A stretch of 64,000 nucleotides of DNA from Candidatus Kaiserbacteria bacterium RIFOXYB1_FULL_46_14. GTDB taxonomy: Bacteria > Patescibacteriota > Minisyncoccia > Phycocordibacterales > UBA918. Shown here in pieces: positions 28,118 through 38,010 of the stretch. Made by a program: the position numbers and the translations under genes. The stretch is taken from contig MFMS01000006.1 in assembly GCA_001783525.1 (NCBI GenBank), positions 21,074 to 85,073 on the forward strand. The letters are read 5' to 3'. How positions within the stretch are numbered: position 1 is the stretch's first letter; the number at the start of each line of letters is the position of its first letter. Below the pieces are notes generated by a model. That model saw only the letters and a list, made by a program, of their open reading frames with translations. It searched no databases and was not told the origin of the DNA.

Positions 28118-29344
28118 ATGTCCAAAAATATACTTATTATCATTGGAGCTACTACCGTCATACTTCTGATCGGAGCTTGGGGGTATTTATTTCTTTTTGG
28201 TGCGCCAGGTAGTGTCACGCAAGTACTGAACAATTTACGTTCACCAGACACCCCTTACGAACAGCCAATCACAGGTTCTACTGACACCACCGTTGCAATC
28301 GGTAATAAAAACTTAGCTCAACTGACCACCAAATCTACCGCTGGCTTTGTTCTCATTAAGACAGCCTCCGGATCAGCTGTCCGTTATGCAGAAAAGGGGA
28401 CCGGCCACATCTACGAGATAAATCTCACGAGCGGCACTGAAGAGCGTATTGGCGGTACAACATTTGCCAATACCGCAGAGGCCTACTTCAGTGGTGATGG
28501 TTCCGAGATTATCTTAGTTACTATTGACGGCACTGACCGCAAGGTCGTATGGCGAAGATCTATTGATTCAGCTGAACCTATTGCTTTACCTGCCAATAGT
28601 TACGACTTCGCCTGGAACGACGACGGGGTACTGCGTTACACGGTTAAAGAATCGGGTGTCACGGTTGCCTATGAGAACCGTGACGGTAATCCACAAGAAC
28701 TCTGGCGCACACCACTGTCAGATGTCCGTGTATTCTTCAATCAGTCAGAGACCTTCTTAGTAAACAATCCCGCACCAAGACTATCTGGCGGATTATATGA
28801 GGTTAAGGACAACACCCTAGTTAGAGAGGCCGGACCTGAATATGCATTTACGGGGATGCCCGACCCAACTGGCCAATTTTTGCTTTACCGCTATTTTGAT
28901 ACAGAAAACCAAACGGCAGTGGCAAAAATACTAGACACTTACTCTAACCAGGAAACCATATCGGCTTTACCAGCTGTTCCAGAAAAATGCGCGTTTAGTC
29001 CAGCAAAACAGCGTGTATGGTGTGCTTCCTCGTTTATGCTACTTTGGCGCGATCGTGAGTACTTGAACAAATGGTATCGTGGCGAAGTATCGTCACCCGA
29101 CTCTTTGTGGGTATCAAACTACAATAATTTTGAGTCAGCTAGTCTGGTCGTGGACTTTTCTGAAGAAGCTGGCTTCGACATCGACGTGGTGGATATGAAA
29201 GTTTCCGATGATGGAGCAATGCTTCTTTTCCGAAACAAGATCAATGACGCCTTATGGATGTATCGCTTGAGCGAAGTAAGTGGGGAAGTGGAGCAAGAGC
29301 CAACTAGCGAGGTGGTGGGTGCAACAACTACCGATGCTTCCTAA
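28118..29344 (+). CDS. membrane-anchored beta-propeller-like protein
   Basis: N-terminal TM; FSGDG, WNDDG and SDDG blade-like motifs; start MSKNIL. Confidence 0.7.
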   Translation: MSKNILIIIGATTVILLIGAWGYLFLFGAPGSVTQVLNNLRSPDTPYEQPITGSTDTTVAIGNKNLAQLTTKSTAGFVLIKTASGSAVRYAEKGTGHIYEINLTSGTEERIGGTTFANTAEAYFSGDGSEIILVTIDGTDRKVVWRRSIDSAEPIALPANSYDFAWNDDGVLRYTVKESGVTVAYENRDGNPQELWRTPLSDVRVFFNQSETFLVNNPAPRLSGGLYEVKDNTLVREAGPEYAFTGMPDPTGQFLLYRYFDTENQTAVAKILDTYSNQETISALPAVPEKCAFSPAKQRVWCASSFMLLWRDREYLNKWYRGEVSSPDSLWVSNYNNFESASLVVDFSEEAGFDIDVVDMKVSDDGAMLLFRNKINDALWMYRLSEVSGEVEQEPTSEVVGATTTDAS

Positions 29345-30050
29345 CAACAAACTCCTGTGCTATCGCCATCAAGTTACTGACAGTGAAGTAGAGCGCCACT
29401 GAAGCAGACATAGTGTAGGCCACAAAACCAATTACCGCTGGCAAGACGTAACGCATATTAATATTCATACTGCGAGCAAAGTCCGCCTTCATATCGCTCT
29501 CTCCCTCCTTACGCGGTTCTGGTTTTGGCAGTGACAACTGTGCGTGTATAAACTGCGTCAGACCAGCCAAGACTGCCAACGGCCAGCTCTTACTCGCGAT
29601 ATCGACAATACCAAGGAAGATCATATCAACAGTCTCTGGTGTTGGTATAAAAGAATACAGTGACTCAATGTTGATATTTGGTAACGGTTGTCCGCCGCCA
29701 CTGTAAACGGAGAAGTAGAGAGCAAAGATGATCGGTATCTGCAAAAACACCAAGAAGATACCAGAAAAAGGATTGAGTTTAACCTCACGATAAAGCGCCA
29801 TTGTTGCCCGAGCCAAAGCCTCGCGGTCATCTTTGTATTTTTCCTTCAATTCTTTCAACTTCGGATCTAGTTCCCGCATAGTTTTCTGCATCTTGGCCGC
29901 CTTGATGGAAAGCGGTAGCAAAACTACTTTCACCAACACGGTAATAGCAATGATAGAAAGACCAACGTCACCACCTGGAATAGCGTCAATGAAAAAAACT
30001 AGTCCGTTGTAGATAGGATCAAAGAAAAAAGTGTGCCAGACAAACGACAT
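29328..30050 (-). CDS. yidC: membrane protein insertase YidC (short form)
   Basis: GLSIIAITVLVKVVLLPL, LQIPIIFALY and LYFTVSN motifs; synteny with rnpA. Confidence 0.95.
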   Translation of the reverse strand: MSFVWHTFFFDPIYNGLVFFIDAIPGGDVGLSIIAITVLVKVVLLPLSIKAAKMQKTMRELDPKLKELKEKYKDDREALARATMALYREVKLNPFSGIFLVFLQIPIIFALYFSVYSGGGQPLPNINIESLYSFIPTPETVDMIFLGIVDIASKSWPLAVLAGLTQFIHAQLSLPKPEPRKEGESDMKADFARSMNINMRYVLPAVIGFVAYTMSASVALYFTVSNLMAIAQEFVVRKHR

Positions 30051-30062
30051 AAATAATGGGGA

Positions 30063-30383
30063 TTAAAAATTAGGAATCAGTTTTTGTAACTCTGCCTTCA
30101 ACTCGTCGAATGATGCTTTACCAGCCGTAGGCTTGGTCAGGATAATATACACCCCATTTAGTCCAACTTCGCGCGACAAACGATACAGAATGTTGTACAG
30201 CCGTCGTCTTAGACGATTACGATCAACCGCGCGCTTAAAGACTTTTTTTCCCACCACTACCGCACCATGAAAAGCCTCTTCTTTATTGTATATCAGGGTA
30301 AAGAGGGGAGAATGAAAACGTCGTCCGGACGAAAAAAAACGATCGAACTCTTTCTTAGTCAATCGTTCTTTTTTCTTCAACAT
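30063..30383 (-). CDS. rnpA: ribonuclease P protein component
   Basis: KKVFKRAVDRNRLRRR (RNR motif). Confidence 0.95.
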   Translation of the reverse strand: MLKKKERLTKKEFDRFFSSGRRFHSPLFTLIYNKEEAFHGAVVVGKKVFKRAVDRNRLRRRLYNILYRLSREVGLNGVYIILTKPTAGKASFDELKAELQKLIPNF

Positions 30384-30459
30384 AAATAAGGAAGTAGCGG
30401 GCGAAAAGTAGTAAGTAGAAGTAGATAATCAGCGCTATCCTACTTTATATTTTCCACTT

Positions 30460-30609
30460 CTACTTGCTAGGTTTGACGGCAAGTTGAGCGCGTCCCTTGC
30501 GGCGACGTGCTTGAAGCACTTTTGGACCCTTTGTGCTATTTGTTCGGGCAAGGAAGCCGTGAGTGGTCATTCGCTTCTTCTTGCTTGGTTGATAGGTTCT
30601 TTTCGGCAT
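30460..30609 (-). CDS. rpmH: 50S ribosomal protein L34
   Basis: Manual translation [49 protein letters not shown]; below the ORF-track cutoff. Confidence 0.97.
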   Translation of the reverse strand: MPKRTYQPSKKKRMTTHGFLARTNSTKGPKVLQARRRKGRAQLAVKPSK

Positions 30610-30669
30610 AAATATGAATTGTTGTTGAACAATATACACTAACTTGGGGCAAAATCAACCGCCAGGTAC

Positions 30670-30689
30670 TTATCCCCAAGTTATACACA
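30670..30689 (+). promoter_or_regulatory. DnaA boxes upstream of dnaA
   Basis: TTATCCCCA 30670-30678 and TTATACACA 30681-30689. Confidence 0.7.
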
Positions 30690-30792
30690 ATTGACGGCAG
30701 GGACTTGCGCGGCGGTTTGTTATTTAGAAGAATGACGCAAAAGTTTACACGCAGAGTGAGAGGGGTATAATTCAGGTCACGTTATCACGTAA

Positions 30793-32187
30793 GTGGTTGT
30801 AATGGATATGAATCAAACCTCATCTGCGATTAACAACGGGTTTATCGGTACAACAGAGATAGACATAAAAAAACTCTGGGATGATGCTTTGGTTAATATC
30901 GAACTCTCCATCACACCAGCCAACTTCAAGACTTGGTTCAGGGACACTCGTATAGTTTCTATCGAAGACGGCACTATAACGCTCGGTGTGCCGAGTGTAT
31001 TCGTAAGAGACTGGTTGCGTGACAAGTTCCAATCGATGATTCTGAAGGTTCTGCGCGACCAAGCAACGTTTATTAGAGGTATCGAGTACGCTGTGGTTAG
31101 TCGTACCGAAAAACGCCAAGAGAACAGGCAGCAGAGCATCAATGCGTCTCTTCCACTTGAAGAGTACTACATCAACAAAAGCGACAACCTAAACCCTCGT
31201 TATTCGTTTGATACTTTTATCATCGGGCCTTTCAACGCGCTGGCACACACCGCCGCCAAGACCGTCAGCGAACGCCCCGGCATAACCTACAATCCGCTAT
31301 TTATTTACGGTAAGACTGGCCACGGCAAGACCCACCTCATACAAGCAGTAGGGAATCACCTTAAGCGTTCTGGTGCCAAAGTGTTCTATGTGACCGCTGA
31401 ACGATTTACGGTTGACTACTTCAACTCTCTTCAGAGTGGAACCGCCAATAGTTTCAAAGACAAATACCGTCAGTACGACGTATTGATAATGGACGACGTG
31501 CAATTCCTAAACAGCAAAGAAAAGACGCAAGAAGAACTTTTCCACCTCTTCAACACAATGCATGACAACAACAAACAGATTGTGTTTTCGAGTGATATTC
31601 ACCCGTCTTTGCTATCTGGAATGGAGGAACGCCTACGCTCACGCTTTGCGGCTGGTATGATCGTTGATATTCCAGCACCAGACCTAGAATCCCGCGCCGC
31701 TATCTTGCGTGCCAAAGCGGCCCAGAACAACATCACCCTTTCTGACGAGGTGGTTGACCACCTAGCTGAGTCGATCAACGGAAACATCCGTGAACTCGAA
31801 GGTGCCCTCAACTCGATCATGTGCCAATCGCAACTCCTGGGCCGAATACTATCTCTGTCAGAAGTTCAGGTAATAATTAAAAACAGTGCCAAGCCCCGCC
31901 GTAACCTAGCAGTATCCGACGTAGTTGATAAGGTGGCGCAATACTTCAGCATCGATCCTGCCAGTATCTACGAAAAGACCCGCCGCAAAGAGGTTGTGAA
32001 ACCACGTCAGCTTATTATGTACATTCTGCGTGAAGACTTCGCGGTTTCCTATCCAACTATCGGTCAAAAACTAGGCGGTCGTGACCACACCACAGTGATC
32101 CACTCCTGCGAAAAGATAAAAGCCGAACTTCAAAGAGACAGTTCTCTAGAAGAAGAGGTGACACAACTCCGAGCACTACTAAAATAA
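30793..32187 (+). CDS. dnaA: chromosomal replication initiator DnaA
   Basis: YNPLFIYGKTGHGKTHL, DDVQF and GGRDHTTVIH motifs. Confidence 0.98.
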   Translation: MVVMDMNQTSSAINNGFIGTTEIDIKKLWDDALVNIELSITPANFKTWFRDTRIVSIEDGTITLGVPSVFVRDWLRDKFQSMILKVLRDQATFIRGIEYAVVSRTEKRQENRQQSINASLPLEEYYINKSDNLNPRYSFDTFIIGPFNALAHTAAKTVSERPGITYNPLFIYGKTGHGKTHLIQAVGNHLKRSGAKVFYVTAERFTVDYFNSLQSGTANSFKDKYRQYDVLIMDDVQFLNSKEKTQEELFHLFNTMHDNNKQIVFSSDIHPSLLSGMEERLRSRFAAGMIVDIPAPDLESRAAILRAKAAQNNITLSDEVVDHLAESINGNIRELEGALNSIMCQSQLLGRILSLSEVQVIIKNSAKPRRNLAVSDVVDKVAQYFSIDPASIYEKTRRKEVVKPRQLIMYILREDFAVSYPTIGQKLGGRDHTTVIHSCEKIKAELQRDSSLEEEVTQLRALLK

Positions 32188-32239
32188 TCTGAGCAACAAC
32201 AAGAAAACCGCCGCGTCTAACGCGGCGGTTTTCTTTTAT

Positions 32240-32525
32240 TTAATCTGTTGAAAAGGTGTTGAAAAGATCAGGTAAAACTATCCACTTATCCACCAAACAA
32301 GTTGTTGATAGCAGGTTAAATTAAACACATTGGGACTAATTCTGTTGAATAAACCCTCACTAATACCCACCAATGCTGGGCATTATCCCCAGTAACATTT
32401 TGGAACCACCTCTAAAAAACCGTTATTTATCAACCCATAATAGACTATCCACCAATCCACAGGGCTAATAATAAGAGCTTAGTTGGGTAATAGAAAAAAG
32501 AAACCGCCAACTACCAACAGGACTT
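32240..32525. other. replication origin oriC (dnaA-dnaN intergenic)
   Basis: Many DnaA-box-like 9-mers (TTATCCACC, TTATCCCCA, TTATCAACC, CTATCCACC, TGTTGAAAA); visual shift from C/A-rich to G/T-rich plus strand. Confidence 0.8.
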
Positions 32526-32546
32526 CACGATGCTATAATTGCCATT

Positions 32547-33644
32547 ATGAAAGTGACTCTGAACCGGGATGGTTTTTATAATTTACTGGAGTTGGTGGGG
32601 CGAATCAGTACCAAACACATAACCCTACCGGTTTTACAGTGTGTGTTGATCGAAGCTAGGGAAGACAATAAAGTTGTTTTGCGTGCTACTAATCTCGAGA
32701 TAGCAATTGAGGCTGTTTTGGATGCTGAGGTTGGGGAGGTTGGAAAGGTGGCTGTTCCGGCATCAATTCTTTTACAGACAGTGAATCTTATTAACCAGAA
32801 GTCCATATCCCTACGTTTTACAGAAAACAGCCTGGAGGTTGACGGTAATGGCTCAAAGACACAGATAAAAAGTATTCCCCATGAAGAGTTTCCATCCATT
32901 CCGCAAGTGTCTGGAACGGGGCAGGTTATAAACGGGGCTTTGTTCAGTCTGGGTATCAAGTCCACAGCTTTTGCCGCCTCTTTGTCTTCAATCAAGCCGG
33001 AACTCGGCAGTGTTAATGTTTTTCAGAAAAAAGAACATACTCTAACCTTTGTTTCTACTGACTCTTTTCGTTTGTTTGAAAAGACCGTACCACAAAAAAG
33101 TGTTGTGCTAGACGATGCTATTCTGATTCCACAAAAAAACGCACTAGAGATTGCTCGAGTTTGTGATGTTGTGGGAGGTGACCCGCGAATGAAGGTGAAT
33201 GACCACCAACTAGCTTTAGAGTTTGAAAGCGGTGTCACCATCACCTCGCGGTTGGTGGCTGGTACTTTTCCTGATTATGAACAGATTATTCCAAAGGAGT
33301 ATTCGACCCACACCACTCTCCTCAAAGAAGACTTGTTGCACGCCTTCAAGAAGACAAATATATTTTTGAACAAGTTTTTCCAAGTAGGACTTAGCTTCAA
33401 CAAGGATTCGGTAACAGTGTCTGCGGGGAATAATGATGTTGGTAACACGACTGAATCTATCAGGGCCTCTACCGATGGTGAGGATCTCTCGTTAAACTTT
33501 AATCAGCGCTACATCTCTGAAGCTTTACCACACCTTAGCGACGACAGTATCGTTATCCATCTTTCCGGTATTGGACGACCGATGGTTATTAAGGGGGTGA
33601 ATGATATGTCAGTCCGATACCTAGTAATGCCGATGAACAAATAA
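32547..33644 (+). CDS. dnaN: DNA polymerase III beta clamp
   Basis: ATNLE, STDSFRL, GTFPDY and YLVMPM motifs. Confidence 0.97.
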   Translation: MKVTLNRDGFYNLLELVGRISTKHITLPVLQCVLIEAREDNKVVLRATNLEIAIEAVLDAEVGEVGKVAVPASILLQTVNLINQKSISLRFTENSLEVDGNGSKTQIKSIPHEEFPSIPQVSGTGQVINGALFSLGIKSTAFAASLSSIKPELGSVNVFQKKEHTLTFVSTDSFRLFEKTVPQKSVVLDDAILIPQKNALEIARVCDVVGGDPRMKVNDHQLALEFESGVTITSRLVAGTFPDYEQIIPKEYSTHTTLLKEDLLHAFKKTNIFLNKFFQVGLSFNKDSVTVSAGNNDVGNTTESIRASTDGEDLSLNFNQRYISEALPHLSDDSIVIHLSGIGRPMVIKGVNDMSVRYLVMPMNK

Positions 33645-33654
33645 TTTCCAATCG

Positions 33655-33757
33655 GTCTTTTCCATCCATAATTCGCTGTTCCTTTACTCGACTCCTCACT
33701 GTATATCAACATACAGCTCGGCGTCTCGTTTCAGTCCACAGCTTCGTTCTGGAAGAT
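33655..33757. repeat. hairpin cassette related to the 12.9 kb element
   Basis: CTCACTGTATATCAACATACAGCTC core at 33695-33719 within an imperfect long stem. Confidence 0.6.
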
Positions 33758-33777
33758 TTTAGAGTAATTTTAAAGTT

Positions 33778-34062
33778 ATGACTCGCGGCGAATTAAAAAA
33801 GCTCTCATCACTGTTTGATAAATACAGGGAACGACTCGTGGCTCCTGAGGCGAGTGTGGTGGATGCTTTTGTTGAAGTTGTGGCAGATCTGTTTGATCTC
33901 AAAATCAGCCGAGAAAAGATTCGTTATAATCCAACCACCAAAACTTTGTCGATTGTTGGTCTGGGTGTCTTGCGTTCAGAGATAAAGAAACGCGAGCAGG
34001 AGGTCTTTGACCATTTGAAGGGTCGCTTAGGCGAGAAGAGTGTGCCTAAACATATTATCTAA
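33778..34062 (+). CDS. putative DciA/DUF721-like helicase loader
   Basis: 94 aa; helix-beta-beta-helix pattern ending LRSEIKKREQEVFDHLKGRLG; directly downstream of dnaN. Confidence 0.5.
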   Translation: MTRGELKKLSSLFDKYRERLVAPEASVVDAFVEVVADLFDLKISREKIRYNPTTKTLSIVGLGVLRSEIKKREQEVFDHLKGRLGEKSVPKHII

Positions 34063-34113
34063 TCAAAAAGCCCAATCCGAAGGATTGGGCTTTTTGATTT
34101 CAATTTTAGAGTT

Positions 34114-36363
34114 CTAGTTTTGTCTGTTACCAACTGGTTCACCTTCTTGTGGGGGATCGGTCTGGTTGTTGTTTTCAGCTGCAGCACCCACCAGATTGCC
34201 AAATTGTGTGCTTTTCCAAACTCCAACACCGTACTCCCAGAGATTGTATTGTGGGTCACTTGCTGGGTTGGTAGGGTAAGGACCACGAGGGTCATCCTTG
34301 TTTACATAGTGAAGGATAGAGTGGGTGTTTTGATAGATGGCTTGGAGAAGCTCTGTGGAGTCTGTGTTGCCACCCAGCTCAGACAATAAGCTGGTAGTGT
34401 CAACGAAGTAACCGTTTGATCGCAAAACCGGCTTTATGTCATTTGGAATGGCGGCTGGTTCGGCAAAGCTCTCGTTATCAACCTTGGCTAAGGCTTTGTC
34501 CATAAAGGCGCGCCAAAGCGGAGAAACGATGAGTCCGGATATTTCAGTCATTGACCGGTTGTCGTTGTTACCGGCCCAAGCACCGACAACTAGATTTGGC
34601 GTATAGCCGAAGATCCAAGCGTCACGCTTGTCGTTGGTGGTACCGGTCTTGGCGGCTACATCTCGATCTCCAAAGTAGAGTAGGGAACTGGCGCCATAAA
34701 GCGGTGTGCGGGCAACGTTGTCAGAAAGCACATCGGATACTTGGAGGGCAGCTTCACGATCCATTATTCGTGAACCTTCTGGCGCTTCATCTTCAACTTT
34801 CTCTAGGACATTACCTTGAATATCTTCAATTCGTAAAATACTGCGGGTTGGTTTCTTAACACCTTCGTTAGCGAGAACGCTATAAGCGCCTACCATGTCG
34901 ATTAGTTTCACCTCACCGCCTCCCAGTACCAGAGTAAGACCATATCGTCTCCAGTCGGTTAGGGTAGAAAGTCCAGCATCGCGGGCTAGTTTGATCGCGT
35001 CTTGAATGCCAGCCAGGTAGAGTGTTTTAACTGCTGGAATGTTTAAGGATTGCGCCAATGCGTTTCGCATAGACACCGGTCCACGGAAACGATTGTCATA
35101 GTTTTGTGGCGAGTAACATCCGTCATCAGAGGTGAAGTTGTCAGGTGAACAGGTAGTAGAAAACTGTGTCTGAACGTCGAACAGGGTGGTGGCTGGTGTG
35201 TAGCCCTCTTCAAAGGCTTTGGCGTAGATGAATGGCTTGATAGACGATCCCGGTTGGCGCATTGCAAGGGTGATGTTGTAGTTACCATCTACGGCCTTGT
35301 CGAAGTAGTCGCGTGAGCCAACCATGGTTAGGATGTCGCCGGTTTTTGGATCCATGGCAACCATGCCGGCATTAGAAGCGTTGAATTTCTTTTCGTTCGC
35401 GAGAGCGTATTCCTTGATTATCTTTTCAGCTTCTTCTTGTAGTTCGTAATCAAGAGTAGTTATGACCTTTAGGCCTTTGGTTGATAGGTCTTCCTCACCG
35501 TAGCGTTCAACAAGTTGTTCGCGGACGTACATCACAAAGTGCGGAGCACGAATACCGGTATTGGCTGAGGCGGAAAATTCCACCTTCTCAGCAATCGCTG
35601 TTTGGTACTCTTCTTCAGAGATAAAATCTAGTTTGCGCATTTCTGCCAAGACTCGCTTCTGTCTTTGGTCGAGTGCATCGCGGTGATTTCCGTATGGTGA
35701 GAAATAGGTGGGTCTCTGCGGCAGGGCGGCCAAGTAAGCGGCTTCAGCCAAAGTCACATCAGTGGCGGACTTATTGAAGAAAGCACGACTCGCTTCCTCT
35801 ACACCATAAATGGTGCCGCCGTAAGGTGATTCGTTAAGATAGGTGTGTAGAATTTCTTCTTTTGTCATCACTTGTTCCAAACGAAGCGCCAGAATAACTT
35901 CTTTAAGTTTTCTAACGTAGGCCTTTTCAGGGGAGAGGAGGGCGTTCTTGATCACTTGTTGAGTGATGGTGGAACCGCCTTGGCCACGCAGGTTACCGCC
36001 CTGCACGTTGTAGATCATGGCGCGCAGGATAGAAAGCGGTCTTATTCCATGATGTTGAAAGAAAGTGTCGTCCTCAATTGCTACGGTTGCGTTTTTAATA
36101 TAATGAGAGATTCGTTCATACGGAATAGCTGTGCGCTTCACGTCTTGGTTTAGGTCGTAAAGCACCACTTCGCCGGTGCGATCATAGATCTTGGTTGATT
36201 GCAGGATGCGGCGTTGTTCGAAGGCAGAAAGATCGGGTAGATCTAAAGTGGAGATAAACACTAAAAGTGCCCCGGCACTAAAAAAGCCGATAACTAGGGT
36301 CACGATCAGGCCGTCAATAGCCCAGCCGCGCCACTTTTTGTTAAATTTTCGTCGGTCTCTCAT
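34114..36363 (-). CDS. class A penicillin-binding protein (PBP1A family)
   Basis: AIEDDTF, GGSTITQQ, RQPGSSIKP, SLN and KTGT motifs. Confidence 0.96.
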   Translation of the reverse strand: MRDRRKFNKKWRGWAIDGLIVTLVIGFFSAGALLVFISTLDLPDLSAFEQRRILQSTKIYDRTGEVVLYDLNQDVKRTAIPYERISHYIKNATVAIEDDTFFQHHGIRPLSILRAMIYNVQGGNLRGQGGSTITQQVIKNALLSPEKAYVRKLKEVILALRLEQVMTKEEILHTYLNESPYGGTIYGVEEASRAFFNKSATDVTLAEAAYLAALPQRPTYFSPYGNHRDALDQRQKRVLAEMRKLDFISEEEYQTAIAEKVEFSASANTGIRAPHFVMYVREQLVERYGEEDLSTKGLKVITTLDYELQEEAEKIIKEYALANEKKFNASNAGMVAMDPKTGDILTMVGSRDYFDKAVDGNYNITLAMRQPGSSIKPFIYAKAFEEGYTPATTLFDVQTQFSTTCSPDNFTSDDGCYSPQNYDNRFRGPVSMRNALAQSLNIPAVKTLYLAGIQDAIKLARDAGLSTLTDWRRYGLTLVLGGGEVKLIDMVGAYSVLANEGVKKPTRSILRIEDIQGNVLEKVEDEAPEGSRIMDREAALQVSDVLSDNVARTPLYGASSLLYFGDRDVAAKTGTTNDKRDAWIFGYTPNLVVGAWAGNNDNRSMTEISGLIVSPLWRAFMDKALAKVDNESFAEPAAIPNDIKPVLRSNGYFVDTTSLLSELGGNTDSTELLQAIYQNTHSILHYVNKDDPRGPYPTNPASDPQYNLWEYGVGVWKSTQFGNLVGAAAENNNQTDPPQEGEPVGNRQN

Positions 36364-36466
36364 AATACGAATTATTAGTATATAGTATATGACATATAGG
36401 CCGTTTTGTGGCTTTTATGCCTGTCTGCGAGGGTACTATATACCACATATACAATATATTTTCTCT

Positions 36467-37612
36467 ATGGATTTAGTAAAAGAATTGAAGGAACGTGGTT
36501 TGATAGAACATAATTCTGCTGACCCGGAAAAGATTTTTGGTGAAAAAAGAACCATCTACATTGGTACTGATCCGACTGCCGACTCTTTGCATGTCGGTCA
36601 CTTGTCATGGGTGGTCTTATTAAAAAGGCTGGCTGATGCTGGACATAAGATAATCCTTCTTGTTGGTGGTGGTACAGGATTGATCGGTGACCCAAAAGAA
36701 AAAGGCGAACGACCACTTCTGACTGAGGATGTAGTCGATGCGAATGCTGTTGCTCTCAAGAGTCAGCTCAGTGGACTGCTTGGTCAGCGTGCCGAATTTG
36801 TAATGGTGAATAATTCCGAATGGCTTCATTCTGTCCTGCTGCTCGATTTTTTGCGTGATGTGGGCAAGCACTTTACAGTGAACGAACTGGTTAAGAGAGA
36901 TCTGATTCGCCGCCGCCTTGATAATCCTGACGATAGTATTTCCTACACGGAGTTCACTTATTCATTGCTGCAGGCTTATGATTACCGCGAGCTCAATCAG
37001 CGTTACGGTTGCGATCTTCAAATTGGTGGTAGTGATCAGTGGACTAACATCCTCTCTGGTGTGGATCTGATTCGCAAGAAGGATGGTAAGGAAGTATTTG
37101 CGCTATCGACTCCGCTCATTACAGACTCCACCGGTCGCAAGTTTGGCAAGAGTGAGGGCAACGCCATTTGGCTTAATGCGGAGAAAACCACGCCGTATCA
37201 GTTTCATCAATTTTGGTTGAACGTAGATGATGAAAAGGCGATTGATTACCTAAAAATCTACACCCTGCTCTCACTTGAAGAGATCGAAGCGATTAAGGGA
37301 GAGTTTGATAACGACCGGAGCGGTAGGTTGGCGCAGAAGCGCCTGGCTGATGAGGTAACACGCTTTGTGCACGGAGAAGATGTGGTGTTGGAGACACCCG
37401 TCTATCAGGCAAACTCAAGTGACAATTTGGTTGATGTATTAATTGCTACCGGTCTGGCATCAAGCAAAAGAGAAGCTCGAGAATTTATTGAAAGTGGGGC
37501 GGTGACTATTGATGGCGAGCGGATTGAAGATGTAGCGGCCTTGGTAAAAAATGGAGTTCTCCAGCGCGGCAAACGAAAGATGAACAGTGTAGAAATTAAG
37601 ATTGGCTCTTAA
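36467..37612 (+). CDS. tyrS: tyrosine--tRNA ligase
   Basis: DPTADSLHVGH, GGSDQW and KFGKS motifs; S4-like tail. Confidence 0.97.
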   Translation: MDLVKELKERGLIEHNSADPEKIFGEKRTIYIGTDPTADSLHVGHLSWVVLLKRLADAGHKIILLVGGGTGLIGDPKEKGERPLLTEDVVDANAVALKSQLSGLLGQRAEFVMVNNSEWLHSVLLLDFLRDVGKHFTVNELVKRDLIRRRLDNPDDSISYTEFTYSLLQAYDYRELNQRYGCDLQIGGSDQWTNILSGVDLIRKKDGKEVFALSTPLITDSTGRKFGKSEGNAIWLNAEKTTPYQFHQFWLNVDDEKAIDYLKIYTLLSLEEIEAIKGEFDNDRSGRLAQKRLADEVTRFVHGEDVVLETPVYQANSSDNLVDVLIATGLASSKREAREFIESGAVTIDGERIEDVAALVKNGVLQRGKRKMNSVEIKIGS

Positions 37613-37678
37613 TTAAGTAAGTCGCTTAAAAACAAACGGCCGGCACCTTTAGGTGCCGGCCGTTTGTCCATCTGCTTC

Positions 37679-37939
37679 TTACAAGTGGTCCTCGTCGTCA
37701 AATGAATCGTAATCAACATCTTCGGCGTCTTCTTCAAGTTCCTCGTCGGTCTTTTCCTCTTCTTCCTCCTCCTCAACTTCTCCAATATCTTCTTTAATAT
37801 GCCCAAAGCCCTCGGGTTCCTCGACGGGAGCGTCATCAGTTATTTCATCCAGTATTGCATCGTCCAAACCAGCTACGCCCTCAGCGTCTTCCTCCTCAAC
37901 TTCTTCATCGTCATTACGGTTGGTATGCAAAGAGATCAT
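37679..37939 (-). CDS. small extremely acidic protein
   Basis: 86 aa, about half Asp/Glu; followed by a shared terminator hairpin. Confidence 0.65.
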   Translation of the reverse strand: MISLHTNRNDDEEVEEEDAEGVAGLDDAILDEITDDAPVEEPEGFGHIKEDIGEVEEEEEEEKTDEELEEDAEDVDYDSFDDEDHL

Positions 37940-38010
37940 ATTCGTTCGGAATTGAAATTTATTTCTATTGAAAATGGATTTTATCGTAATCCAGTTTATG
38001 TGCAAGTCCC

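Noticed and set aside
17307-29344. Integrative conjugative element
   Set aside because: No relaxase, coupling protein, integrase or boundary repeats; flanked directly by core genes.
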